A stretch of 64,000 nt of DNA, taken from assembly GCF_037042905.1 (NCBI RefSeq), contig NC_087253.1:16244001-16308000 (forward strand), read 5' to 3'. This document shows, piece after piece, positions 40,201 through 55,200 of the stretch. Origin of the DNA: Lytechinus pictus (lineage: Eukaryota). The position numbers were made by a program, and so were the translations under genes. Each line of letters begins with the position of its first letter. Position 1 is the first letter of the stretch. The notes beneath the pieces were generated by a model. That model was given only the letters and a program-made list of their open reading frames with translations. It was not told the origin of the DNA and ran no database searches.

Positions 40201-43200
40201 GTTACCTGTTCAGGAAATGAAGAAACCATCTTGGACTGTTCTCACCGAGGCATTCGTCAACACAATTGTGGTCACAGCGAAGACGCTGGAGTTGTGTGCA
40301 CTCAACAAGGTAGGAGATAATTTATTGAAATTATTCAACTATATCTTCTATAAAATACTACCCCTCCACCTACCCCCCCCCCCCCCCCATCGATAACGTA
40401 GATTTACATTGATGGGGATGTAGTTAAGCGATTACTAGTGTCTCATTAATTCATTTCGAATTCGAGGAGGTAAGGCGGAATGTAGAAAGTTTGTGTCTAC
40501 TAGGAACATTTCTGTTAGGAGAATAAATTTTCTATCGTAGAAATGGAAAATATGAAATGGTGTTCAACGGCAGAAAAAACGCGAAGTTGTGAAGGGGACT
40601 GCATTCATGATAGAGACGTCATTTTCTGCTTGAGTTGCGGCTTGACTAGAGAGGTCGAAATGGTGGTTCTTTCAACAAATGTCCATTGTCTTGCACTTAT
40701 CCTGTATTGTTCATCACGCATTATTGTAATGTTTGCGTATTTCAAAAGGGAACATATTTTTCGAGCATTTGAATCGTACATAATGAATATTAGGATTATT
40801 TTCTATGACTTCTAATACCAACATGATGTCTGAGGTTATTGAATGCATATTTATCCAAATAGAATTACCTGATAAAAAACAAATAGTTGTTGGAGAAATA
40901 TACAGACCCCCTAAAGGTAGTGTCCATGATTTTTTACACTGTGCTCAAAGTCTTTTGTCAATGCATGTTTTGAATAATAAAAAGGTTTTTATAATGGGAG
41001 ATTTTAATTTGAACCTGTTAGATCGTAATACCCCCTGTAATCAAGAATCTATAGATATTATGTTATCCAACTTTTGCATTCCATTAGTAACAAAACCCAC
41101 ACGGATTACAGATACGTCATCAACCTTAATTGATAATATTTTTGTTAACGATTTTTCCCATATATCATCTGGCATCTTGGTATCGGATATATCCGACCAT
41201 TTCCCAATATTTGTTGAAATTGTGTTTGATAGAGTCTCTAAAGATAACAATATTAAACATACATTTCGTGACTTATCGGATGACAATATTATTAGACTTC
41301 GAGAGAGACTGGAATTGGTTGACTGGAGTGAAATATACAATATTCACGACGTTAATGTTTGTTTTGACAAGTTTATGGACATATTTATGTCGATTTATCA
41401 AGAAACTATACCACTAAGAAAATTTTCCGATCTAATTATAAAAAAATACCAAGACTTCCGTGGGTTTCTAAATCGCTCCTGAAGTCAATAAATCGTAAAA
41501 ACAATTTATATTGTAAATACAAAAAGAATCCTGAAAATAGTCATTTAAAAAGTAAATATGTTCGTTATCGGAACGTTCTTACATCCCTGTTACGTTTAGC
41601 TAAAAAACAGTATTTTGCTAATCAATTTAATAAGTATAAAAATGATGCATCGAGTACGTGGAAGGTGATAAATAATGTTTTACAAACAAAGAAATCGAAG
41701 GAGTTCACTAAAGAAATTATAAATAATAATGTAACGGTTGTTAATCCTGCAGATATGGCTGACGTGTTTAACAACTATTTTGTTGATATTGGTGCGACTC
41801 TTTGCCATAATATTCCTGAACCTGACAAAAGATTCCAATACTTTCTAAAAAATCCCAACCCTAAAACCATTTTCCTTACTCCGATCACTGAATTTGAAAT
41901 TAAAAATATTGTAAATAATTTAAAACCTAAGAAAAGTCCTGGATGCGACGAACTTACGAATTGTGTCATAAAACGTGTCATTAATGAAATTGTAACTCCC
42001 TTGACTTTTATATTCAACCAATCTTTGGTAACTGGTCTGGTTCCTCAAAATATGAAAGTAGCCAAGGTTGTTCCAGTGTTTAAAAAAGGAGATAGACGGA
42101 TTGTCAGCAACTATCGTCCACTTTCACTCCTTACTTCCCTGTCTAAAATTCTAGAAAGATTAATCTATTCTCGTTTGACAAATTTCTTATCTGATAATCA
42201 TATTTTATGCGACTCCCAATTCGGTTTTAGAAAAAAACATTCCACTGTACACGCCTTACTTTCTTTTATTCACAAAGTGGCAAATGCTATTGATAATTCT
42301 CTGCACACAGCTGGTGTATTCCTGGACCTTTCCAAGGCCTTTGACACGATTAATCATGATATTTTGCTTTACAAGTTATCACATTATGGTGTGCGTGGAA
42401 AGGCCTTGGAATGGTTCACGAGTTACCTAACTATTAACAGAAAACAATTTGTTTCAATAGAAGACCATAAATCTCAAATGAAAACTATTTCTTGCGGTGT
42501 ACCGCAAGGATCACTCCTAGGCCCACTGCTTTTCTTGTTGTATATTAATGATTTTAATAATTCATCGAATGACCTATCATTTATTCTTTTCGCGGATGAC
42601 TCGAACCTTTTTTTGTCACACCGTAACCCTAATTTACTACTTACCATTTTGAATAGGGAATTGCGGTCTGTTCAGACATGGATTCAAGCAAATAAGTTGT
42701 CACTCAATGTAAACAAAACAAATTTTATGCTTTTCAGTAACTCTGTGAATTCTTTGCCGGACCATGTAATTATAAACAATGTTAATTTGCAACAAGTTAA
42801 TTCCACCAAATTTCTTGGTCTTTACATTGATCATGAATTATCATGGAAATGTCAAATTTATTATATATGTAAGTTATCTTCTCGTAACACTGGCATTTTG
42901 AATAAACTTAAATATTTTTTTCCTGATCACATTTTAAAAACATTATATTCTACACTTGTTTTATCCCATATGAATTATGGAATATTGGCCTGGGGTAATT
43001 GCAATACAACCTTAATTAATAAAATATTCGCGATACAAAAACGAGCAATAAGGGTGGTTAATCAAGTTGGTTTTTATTCCCACACAAACCCATTATTTTT
43101 CCAAAATAAAGTACTCAAAATTTCTGATATATATGCATTTAAAGTTGGTATATTTATGTTTAAGCTTTCAAGAGGTGAATTGCCTGATACATTTGTTTCT

Positions 43201-46200
43201 ATGTTTCAAAGGAACAATCTAATCCACACATATCCCACCCGGCTAAGTGACTCCTATCACCTTCCGCGTACTCGCACTCTCCTTGCTCAAAGAACTATCG
43301 CATTTGAAGGGCCCAGGTTTTGGAACGATCTTCCCGATGATATGGTACATAGTGCCTCACTTAATATATTCAAACGTAAATTGAAAGCGATGCTTATCAA
43401 TTCTTATAATTTCCCTTTGTAAACTTTTATATTCATGCACTTTGTTAATACGCTCTGGCCGAGTAATGAGTAATAAATAATTGTCATAGAGTGGCGGACT
43501 CTTTTTTATTTATTTTTTTTTATTTTTTTTTGTATTCCTTACACAATCGTCACATTTTTGGCATTACTTTGTTATAATCAATTTACTTACCTGTCCTCTC
43601 CTCATTAGGACCGATTTTTTTCTGGATCCTGCAGACTTAACAAGCCTTGCTTTTTTATGCAGGTTCCCTCATATTTCACTCTTTTAAATTGTCTTTAATT
43701 CCAAATCGCTATTTTGTTTAATTTGAATTAATTGTTATGCCTTGTCTGATTTGTATTCTCATAAGTTTTCTGATATTGTTTCATAATTTTGTTTGTACTT
43801 GTGAAATATGTGAAATAAAATCAAATCAAATCAAACATAGAAGGGATAAGCCTGGTTAACGGAGACAGCGAAGCTGAAGGATGGGTGGCGATCAACGTTA
43901 ACGGAGATTGGGGAACTGTCTGTGATTGACGGATGGGGTTTCTTCTTAGGGGTTATTCTTCTGATTCTTGAACTATCTTCCATCCACTTTCATATAAAGC
44001 TTGTTGTAAACCAACTGTGATCGTGAGAATATACATATTAACTTTTAATATATTGATTTTTTAGTTAGAAGAGGTAATAAGCAGAATGGAAAATTTGTGT
44101 CTGCTTGAATCATAACCTTATAAAGGACGAACATTCCCTCGTGGAAAGTGAAAGAACATAAATGGGATCAGTGACACAACATGTGCACAAAGAAGCGATA
44201 GGGCGCTGAGTTTATGACGAAGACCTCTTTTCTTTTTAAGTTTGAATTTTAATTAATTTCGATAGATTCAACGGAATGTTAGGTGTATATACCTATGGTT
44301 CTAAAGGAAAGTATACCCCTTCTCCCCTCACACGGCATGACGAGAGAGATCGAAATGGTTGGTCTTTCAGCTCATAGTCTAGATGATCGGTGCAAAAAAT
44401 AGCAAGAATTGTTCAGATTATGGTAAAAGCATGACATTTGGCTGACAGGTAGAGAAAATAGTGCTGAACATTTTTAGCAGGGGGTGCCAACCGGACCTCT
44501 TCTCGTATAGCAACAGTTGTTAGGTAACATATTTACCTTGGCAACCACCATTTTTGGGGTGTTATCTACATTTCAAAAACTATATTTTGACTTCGAAGCT
44601 CCCATTTTACAATCACATATCAAGAAACATTCCAACCATGTATAGCAACAGTTGCTAAGCAACACATTTTCCATAGCAACTATAGATACTATTACTTAAT
44701 ACAACATCTGGACATAGTGTTTGAATGAAAGTGGTTAGAAAATTGGTCAAGGTATGACTCTGGAATGAAAAAATATACCAGATCCCTAAAAAGTTCAGAG
44801 ACAGTCCAAATAATTATAATGCCTGCATAGTAGGCCTAATCTTATCTATTGGTAACAAACCTAATTTCGATATACATAATTTTACTATTTTTGCATACTT
44901 TTTACTCACACATGACAAAGCTAACACACAGACAAAAATCATGATTGGGTCATTGAATGTGCATATAGGATCTCTCTTGTTATGAAACTGAAACAGGTTA
45001 TTGTAGTGGATGTAACATGGAACACTCAGAAAAACACAGAACCTTGAGGGTAAAGGGAAGCTGAAATTTTATTGACATTAACTAATCGCTCCCAATTAAA
45101 TGACAAACCTAACCTAACAAACCTAATACATACGCACTTGTCAGTAAAATGTTGATATCATATTGACTGACTTGAACATATATGTACAGTAGACCTGAAA
45201 CAGCCTCAAGAATCATTTCCTGTAACTGCACTGTAGAGCATGTGCAGTAGACCTGAAACAGCTCAATCATCATTGTCCGTATGTATGTTGCGCCTTTTTT
45301 ATTTGATTATAATGCTGGACAGTTGAGTCATTTATTTTGCAATAGTTTCTATCTACATGTAGATAATGAATAAAAAATATTTACATAATGTACAACTGTG
45401 CAGTTTCCAGTAGTTTGGGACTTTGTGCACCATTCTAGCGAATGAATAGAACGTACATTTTATGTGTCGCACATGCCTTCACAGAGTTGGGCATATATCT
45501 AGTCCAAAATTTAGGTTAAGACTGTCTGGATTGATTATAAGTCGGGAAAAGCAAAACCACTGTAAAGCATGCATTATGCTCGACAAAGAATATTAGAGGC
45601 AACAGAGGAATACATCAAGAAAGTTACAGCCATCATCATCTTCGGTGTAACAATGAATTGTTCATCAATCAGAGTGTAAGAGACATTTCTCCTCATAAGG
45701 ACATTATATAAGGTGATAGTGCAATCAGCAAATTCATTTCCATCTGAGTTCTGAGTTACACATGCAAAAATGTATTGGAGGTATATTGAAGGAAGAAGCA
45801 TATCAGAACTTAATACTACCGTTCTGTGCCGGGGTTCTCTGGCCGAGTATGGATCACGTCCAGCCAACCTGGGGCCTGTTGCAAGAAAGAGTTGCGTTTA
45901 AACGCAAGTCCCGAACACGGGTGCTTTATTGGCTGAAAATCAAGTTGCGCAAGATTTTTTGAGTTGCGTTGATCGCAACTCTTTCTGCAACGGGCCCCAA
46001 ATATCACAAGTGCGTCATATGGTACATCCTGCAAGATCTTTCAAATAATGATCCATGAAGCTGCAGGATCCCAGCCAAAACACCTGCAATCGGAACTGAC
46101 TGGTCAAAATCAACTTCTGCGAGAGCTTTCAAGTCATGATAGATCCCGGAGCAGCAGGATCCAGGCCAACAAGCCTGGAAACAGAACTGATGGTCGGTCC

Positions 46201-49200
46201 AAATCAACTCTTGGGAGATCTTTCACGTGATGATAAATCCTGAAGCTGAAGGATTGATCCAGGTCACAACACCTACAACAGAACGGACAGGTCCAAATCT
46301 GCAGGGTCGAGTCATGATAGATCAATCATATAGCTACAGGATCCGGCCAACATGCCTAGAAACGGAAATGATCGGTCAAAATCAATTCTAGCATGCAGGA
46401 TCTTTCACGTCATGATAGATCACAGAGCTGCAGGATTGATCAAAGTCAAAACACCTAGAGACGGAATTGACAAGTCAAAATCAACTCCTGCACATGGCAT
46501 TAGGTCCGGAAACGGTATGGAAAGCTAATATGATCTTCATTGCAGGCTTCGAAAGGGAGGGGATAAACCAAGGCATAGTGTGTTGGCTTTCAAGAGAACG
46601 ACTTCTGTTAGCTAGAGATAAAGTGGTATCCAAGCACTCATTTTAAAATTACTTTCTGGCGGGATTTTGGTGTTTTAAATAATTTTTTAGTTGACTCAAT
46701 CAATTCTTGGCGGTCATTTTTTCATCGCTCCAAGATCAGAGATATTCAACTTGTAAGCACCCATGACCTCCTGGTGAGCTCTTGTAACTGTTCTTCTAAC
46801 TGTTCTTCTCTTGTTAAATGTTGGTTTTGTGGAATTCTTTCCAAGGGCATTTGTAGGTGTTACACAGGGTCTTATAGGAGATTCATAGGGCAAATACATA
46901 GCCACAAATTTCCAGAATGTCAACGGTTTCTAGACTTTTAATTCTCGATGATACAAATTCGATCAATTCTACCTCCATTGTCAATCACTCAGATAAGTAA
47001 ACATGAGGTCTATTATCATTCATTGATAAATGGGTAACTAAATTATATAGTAATAACAGACATTAACAAAGTACCCTTTGCTATGAAAGACACCAAATAA
47101 TTTACATCGATGGTCGATCTTTTACACGTGTTTATGTTAATCCATGAAATGGAGAAAAATTGGTGTTAAGGTGAGTTTTTTTAACATGCAGCAAGCATTA
47201 CTATACCAATAATATGGAACCCATAGACATCGTCTTTGGAAATATAAACCATATCATGAGGTAGTTTAATTTGTGCAAGATTTTACGTTTTTAAGCATAT
47301 ATCAATAATCTTACCCTAAGACCTTTAACCATTGGTTGCTACAGAAAACATGTTACATCATCTGGTATTTCGCATGGGCATGTTAACATGGTATGATTGT
47401 CTCTGGGTTGTTGTGATTAATGTATTAATGCTTTAATAGAAAAGATATGGTTCATATAAATTATGATCATGAAAAAAATACCCTATAAGAATTGGTTACT
47501 GTGGAAAAAATGTTGCCTAGCAACCGTTGCTATGGTGCTTATTAGGTCTACCTTAGGAAAAATTAATCACATGAGGAATCTATGGGCCAGATTTAATTTC
47601 TGAGCTATTCTGAGTAAATCTTGTTGATCATATTCATCTGAACAATGATAAACAATTTGTTGCTATGGAAAATGGTCCCTTAGCAGCCGTTGCTGTGAAT
47701 AAATGGATCAAAACTGTTGTGATACAAAGGAACATGCTTTAGGTTGAAATTCATGCAACACATCGCTCATGAAAATGTTACTTAAGCCCAATAAAGCTCA
47801 GTTACTAAGGTAAATATCTTACCTAGCAACCGTTGCTATGTTTGGCAAATTCACGTTGGCACCCCCTGCTAAAAGTGATTAGAATAACTTACTCTACCTC
47901 TGTGCCAATTGTCATGCTTTTACCATTTTCTGAACATTTTTTTCACCAATCACCTAGACTATCATGTCCATAGTCCTGCACTCATCCTGCACAGCAAAAA
48001 CTGTGGTGTTAACCGGTGTACATAGAGGACCACACCAGTTATTTTACACCAGTGTTGAATTGGTGGTGTTAGTTTTACACCTATAGGTGTCATTACAACA
48101 CCTTTGGTTGTTACATTTACACGCTTTGGTGTTATTTTTAATCTCTAGGGTGTTATTTTAACACCTCGGGGTGTGGTCCTCTATTAACACCAACTGGTGT
48201 CAGTTTCAACACCGCAGTTTTTACAGTGTGTATGTTTATCCAACATTATTGTAATGTCTGCGTATTTCGAAAGGGAACGTATTCCTCGAGCGTTTGAATC
48301 GTTAATGATTAATAGTAAAGATTCTTTTCTATAACTTTATAATGCAAACATAGAAGTGGTACGCCTGGTTAATGGAAACAACGAAGCTGAAGGAAGAGTC
48401 GAGATCAACCTTAACGGAGAATGGGGAACTATCTGTGATGACGGATGGGATCTTGACAATGCTAATGTTATCTGTAGAATGCTCGATTTCCAGGGAGCTC
48501 TCAGCGCCCCAGGATTCGCTCAATTCGGCCAAGGCTCTGGTCCTATCCAACTCGATGACGTCAGCTGTTCAGGAGATGAACAGACAATCTTGGACTGTTC
48601 TCATCGCCCGATTGGTGATCACAATTGTGGTCACAGCGAAGACGCTGGTGTTGTGTGCATTCCCCAAGGTCATGAAGGTAGGGGTTACTCCATTGAACTT
48701 CTCTTAGTATAGCTTCTAGAAAATACTGCCACTCCCCCGAATGAATAACCTAAATTGACAGCGAAAAGGAGGATATACTTAAGCGATAATTATTATATGT
48801 ATAATGTTTTTCTTGACATTTTCGAAAATGTAAGGCGAAAGTAGAAAGTTTGTGTCTACCTCGAACATGGCCGTTATAAGAATAGGTCGGGAGACGTTTA
48901 AAGTTGTGTCCATTAAAATTGGTAGAGGATATCCTTTAAAAAATTATTTAAGACCATCTTCCGATCCACCCCCCCCCCCCTTCACCTCGAGAAATAACTT
49001 TGAAGTCAACAGCGATCTTGAAAATGTATTTACTAATAATAGGTCAGGTCTTGTGTGTTTTAATTGAAAAGGTAAAGTAAAATATAGAAGGCCTGTATCT
49101 ACTTGGAACAACACCAAAAAGATGCATATTTTCTCTAGTAGAAGGTGCATGAATCTTTAAAGGTGATGTTCAATGACACAAATTAGTGAAGGATCAATGG

Positions 49201-52200
49201 GGAATGTGTTCATGCGGAAAACATCTTTCGTGTATTCAGGACCAAGTATGTGGAATAGCCTTCCGAGTAGCCTGAAATCTAGCCAAAGTCTTTCGACTTT
49301 TAAACGAACATTCAGAAATTTTCTTCTGAACTCCTATTGATTTGCCCTATCCGCCCCCCCCCCTTGGTTTTCGTTTTGGTAGATCTTTTTGTGTTATAGG
49401 GATTGACCTTCGAAAGGTCTTGAGGCCTATTGTTTATCCCACCACTTTCTGTTATTTACTCTATTCATAATGTACCCCTTTGTACTCGTGTTTGACTGTA
49501 TTTTTCATGTATTTTTTAATGTGTTTTTATGCTATTGTACCAGTATTTTTATCAGATTGTGGAAAATAAATAAATCTAAAGAATCTAAAAAGATTTATTT
49601 ATTTATTTATTTATTTATTTTGTTTTATTTATTTTATACTGCAGGGTAGGCCTGTTCAGTTCTTAAAACTGCTTTACAAAGGCGCCCTGCAGTTTAAAAT
49701 ACATGTCAAGATGACTATGAACAACAACAACAAACAACATCAAAAATACAAAATACAAAATATCTAACATCAGAAACAATTAACACCAAAATATAGAGTG
49801 GGAAGTGACAATTTAAACATACATAGCATTGTAAATCAATAGAATATCATTTCGCTCTTTATCAATTCGTATGAAAGGCTTTGCATAATTTTTTAAAAAC
49901 TAACAAGGAGGTACAAACTTGTAAATTTGAAGGAAGTGCATTAAATAATTTGGGTCCGACATATGCGAAAGATTTTCTTTTATGTTCAATTCTAGCTTTG
50001 GGAAGCTGAAGGGGGCATCGTAAAGAATACCGTGTCCTGTATTTCACGGGCCGTTTACATACTAAAGGTTTTAAATAATTTGGAACTAAATCATTCATTA
50101 TTTTATATGCAAGAACACAATACTGATATTTTATACGCTGATCTACTGATTGCCACTTCAGTGACTGCAACAAAGAAATTTGTGATGTATTATAATCTTT
50201 TTTCAAAAGCATTCTGGCATATTTATTTTGAAGTTTTTGTATCTTATCTAAATGTATTTTTGCACTGCTTCCCCAAGATGTAATACAGTAATCAATGTAA
50301 GGTAAAATCATAGAAAAGTACAGCTTCTTCATAATATCAAAGGACAGTAAGTGCTTAATCCGCCTTACACAACCTATTGCCCGAGATATTTTACAAACGA
50401 TATTAGTAATATGTTCGCACCAAGTCAAGCCCGGATCGACACCTAAGTATTTAATCTTTTTTACATTTTCTAATTGTATGTTCCTGAATTTCACTGACAA
50501 ATGAGCACCCCTCAACTTTTTCTTTTGACCAAATACCATGGCTTTTGTTTTTTGCGGGTGTAAATGCATATTATTTAAGTCTAGCCATTTACTTATTGAA
50601 TCAAAATCATCTTGCAAATACTTTTGTACCTCCTTAATTGATTCACCGTGATTAAAAATGGCGGTATCATCAGCATAAAGAGACATTTTAGAATGTACAT
50701 GCAATTTCAAATTACACATGTCATTAATAAAAATACAAAATATCAATGGACCCAGTATAGATCCTTGTGGGACACCTGATTTTATCTTCAAAAATTCACT
50801 GCGACAACTGTTAATCATTACAAATTGCCTTCTGTCTGTTAAATACGATTCCATCCAGTTGTATTCATTGCCAGTAATACCATAGTACTTAAGTTTTGCA
50901 AGTATAAAATTGTGAGGAATAACATCAAAAGCTTTGCGTAAGTCCAAGAAAATACCACCAGTAACATGTTTTCGGTCCATTTTATCATACAAAAAGTCTG
51001 TAATCTCAGTTAGACAAGTGGCAGTAGAATAAGACGGTCTGAAGCCAGACTGACAATTTGCAAGTAGATCATTCACATTTAAGTACTTATACAATTGATC
51101 ATGTATTGCTCTCTCTAGTATTTTGGACAGGACTGGAAGCACAGAAATTGGTCTATAATTGTCAATATCAAATGATCCTCCCTTATGTACAGGAGTAATT
51201 CTTGCTGTTTTAAAATCTTCTGGAATAACACTAGTTTGTAAAGTTGCATTAAATAAATGGGTTAAAGGGCCATCTATACTCTCTGCTGCCAGCTTAAGAA
51301 ACTTAGGGTGAATGCCATCTACTCCGACCGCTTTCGAACAATCAATATGTAATAGTTCTTTCAAAACATACTCCTTTTTGATTGCATAAAATTTAAATTC
51401 ACAATCTGGAATAAACAGAGTTTGTAAATTGTTTAATAAATCTTTCGAGAAATTACCCGAAGCGGCTTGCAACCTTGAGCCGACTTCATTAAAGGCTTTG
51501 TTTAGAACGTGAGCTATTTCATTGTTAGGTATTTGATCATTATCAATTGTTAATTTAACATCATGACTCGTGGTTTTATTTTTCTTAGGTATAAGCTTCG
51601 ATAAAATGTTCCAGTTCTTTTTTATGTCATTTTCGCAGTCCTTAAATTTGTCCTGATAATACTTCTTTTTCAAATTTTTAATCAAGTTATTAGCTCTGTT
51701 ACGGGAAAACTGAAATTTATTCCACCAATAAATTAATCTTGTTTTTCTAAATTGCTTTCGATAATAATCCCTTTCGCGTGCTAACACCAAAAAATCATCA
51801 TTTATCCAAGGTACCCCTCTTTGTTTTTGCCGCACTGATATCACGGGGGCATGCCTGTCAAAGATAATTGATTTATAGAGATTCAACTAAATGGAACACA
51901 TGCACATGTATATAATACCCATGACTCTAACAGTCTAATGGAAAATACACACTTTTTCACTTCATACGGTATCAAAGAAAAGTCGAAATGGTTTGTCTTT
52001 CAACATGAGTCCACGTCCTGCATTCATCTTACTCATCTTATCTTGTAGTATTGTAGTTTGGGGTATTCAAAAAGGGAACGTATTTGTCGAGCGTTTGAAT
52101 CTTACATAAATATTCTCGATTCCCATGCTATCACATTTTGATACCAACACAGAAGTGGTACGACTGGTTAATGGAAACAACGAAGCTGAAGGAAGAGTCG

Positions 52201-55200
52201 AGATCAACGTTAACGGAGAATGGGGAACTATCTGTGATGATCTCTGGAGTCTAGAAGATGCTAATGTTATCTGTAGAATGCTAGGTTTCGAGGAAGCTCT
52301 CAGCGCCCCAGGATCAGCTCAATTCGGCCAAGGCTCTGGTCCAATCCAACTCGATGATGTTACCTGTTCAGGAAATGAAGAAACCATCTTGGACTGTTCT
52401 CACCGAGGCATTGGTCAACACAATTGTGGTCACAGCGAAGACGCTGGAGTTGTGTGCACTCAACAAGGTAGGAGATAATTTATTGAAATTATTCTACTAT
52501 GACTTCTATAAAATACTAAATACTTCCTGTCCACCACCCCCCCCCCCTTCCACTGATAACTTAGATTTATATTGATCAGGATGTAGTTAAGCGATAACTA
52601 ATGTCTTATTGTTTTATTGTCAAATGCGAGGAGCTAAGGCAGAATGTAGAAAGTTTTTGTCTACTTAGATCACTTCCGTTAGAAGGCTATATATTCTCTC
52701 GTAGAATTTGAAAAATATAAAAGGATTTTCAATGGCAGAAAAGCGCAAGGTTATGAAGGGGACTAGGCTCATTATAAAGACGTCATTTCTGTTTGACTTA
52801 CGGGATGACTACAGAGGTCGAAATGGTTGGTCTTTCAACAAATGTCCACTGTCTTGCACTTACCCTATATTGTTTATCATGCATTATTGTAATTTTTGCG
52901 TATTTTGAAAGTGGTGGTATTTATCGAGCGTTTGAATCGTACGTTAATAAATATTTTCGATTCTCTTGCTATCACATTTTGATGCCAACACAGAAGTGGT
53001 ACGACTGGTTAATGGAAACAACGAAGCTGAAGGAAGAGTCGAGATCAACGTTGACGGAGAATGGGGAACTATCTGTGATGATCTCTGGAGTCTAGAGGAT
53101 GCTAGTGTTATCTGTAGAATGCTAGGTTTCGAGGAAGCTCTCAGCGCCCCAGGATCAGCTCAATTCGGTCAAGGCTCTGGTCCAATCCAACTCGATGATG
53201 TCACCTGTTCAGGAAATGAAGAGACCATCTTGGACTGTTCTCACCGAGGCATTGGTGAACACAATTGTGGTCATAGCGAAGACGCTGGAGTTGTGTGCCT
53301 TCAACAAGGTAGGAAATATTGTAATGAAATTATTCAACTATATCTTCTAAAAAAATACTAAATATTTACCCCCCCCCCATCGATAATTCAAATTGATAAC
53401 ATTGATGAGGATGTAATTAAGCGATTTCTAGTGTCTCATTGTTTTCTTGTTAAATTTGAGTGGGTAAGGCGGAATGTAGAAAGTTTTTGTCTTCTTCGAA
53501 CATTTATGTTAGAAAGATAACTTTTATCTCAAAAAAATTAAATAAAAGGGCGTTCAATGGCAGAAAAACGCGAGGTTGTGAAGAGGACGGAGCTCATGAT
53601 AAAGACGCTGTTTTCTGTTTGAGTTACAGCATGATTAGAGAGGTCGAAATGGTCGGTCTTACAACAAATGTCCACTGTCTTGCACTTATCCTATATCGTT
53701 TATCATACATTATTGTAAAGCCGGGGTAATAATAATAGCAGGGCCCGCTGGGAGAACAGTTTTCGGAACTGAAGCGGCTTCCCTGGGTAAATATACCTGT
53801 ATTATTATTATTATTATTATTGTAATGTTTGAGTATTCCGAAAGGAAACGAGCGTTTGAATCGTACATAATGAATATTTTGGATTATTTTCTATGACTTC
53901 TAATACCAACATAGAAGGGATTGCTTTTACAAGTGGGCGAGACACAACATCGCTTATGTCTTGTTTATGTTGGTTATCTCATAGGCCGGAAAGACACTCA
54001 AATTGATATACATGTATTAATTTTTTTTATACAAAAGTAGTTAAATAACAATAGGCCTACGATGATTACTGTCAAACATTTATCATGTTTGTGAAACCGT
54101 ATATTTCAATAATTTAAATTTCTGCGTATTTCGAAAGGGAACGTATTCCTCAAGCGTTTGAATTGTAAAGGATTATTAGTTAAGATTCTTTCTATAACTT
54201 TTTAATGCAAACATAGAAGTGGTACGCCTGGTAAATGGAAACAACGAAGCTGAAGGAAGAGTCGAGATCAACCTTAACGGAGAATGGGGAACTATCTGTG
54301 ATGATGGATGGGATCTGGACAATGCTAATGTTATCTGTAGAATGCTCGATTTCGAGGGTGCTCTCAGCGCCCCTGGGTCAGCTGAATTCGGCCAAGGCTC
54401 TGATCCTATCCAACTCGATGACGTCAGCTGTTCAGGAGATGAACAAACAATCTTGGACTGTTCTCATCGCCCGATTGGTGAACACAATTGTGGTCACAGC
54501 GAAGACGCTGGTGTTGTGTGCATTCCCCAAGGTCATGAAGGTAGGGGTTACTCCATTGAACTTCTCTTAGTATATAGCTTCTAGAAAATACTGCCACTCC
54601 CCCGAATGAATAACCTAAATTGACAGCGAAAAGGAGGATATAATTAAGCGATAACTATTATATGTATCGTGTTTTTCTTGATATTTTCGAAAATGTAGGG
54701 CGAAAGTAGAAAGTTTGTGTGTACCTCGAACATTGCCGTGATAAGAATAGGTCGGAAGACGTTAGAGTTGGGTCCATCAAAATTGGTAGAGGATATCCTT
54801 TAAAACATTATTTAAGACCATCTCCCAATCCCCCCCCCCCCCCTTCACCTCGAGAAATAACTTTGAAGTCAACAGCGATCTTGAGATGTATTTACTAATA
54901 ATAGGTCAGGTCTTGTGTGTTTTAATTGAAAAGGTAAAGTAAAATATAGAAGGCCTGTATCTACTTGGAACAACACCAAAAAGATGCATATTTTCTCTAG
55001 TAGAAGGTGCATGAATCTTTAAAGTTGATGTTCAATGACACAAATTAGTGAAGGATCAATGGGTAATGTGTTCATGCGGAAAACATTTTTCGTGTATTCA
55101 GGACCTAGTTTGTGGAATAGCCTTCCGAGTAGCCTGAAATCTAGCCAAAGTCTTTCGACTTTTAAACGAACATTCAGAAATTTTCTTCTGAACTCCTATT

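Noticed and set aside
49862-51886. 674-aa ORF as a complete gene
   Set aside because: Its ATG lies in flanking intron beyond the LINE's truncation point (51859), and the endonuclease domain is missing.
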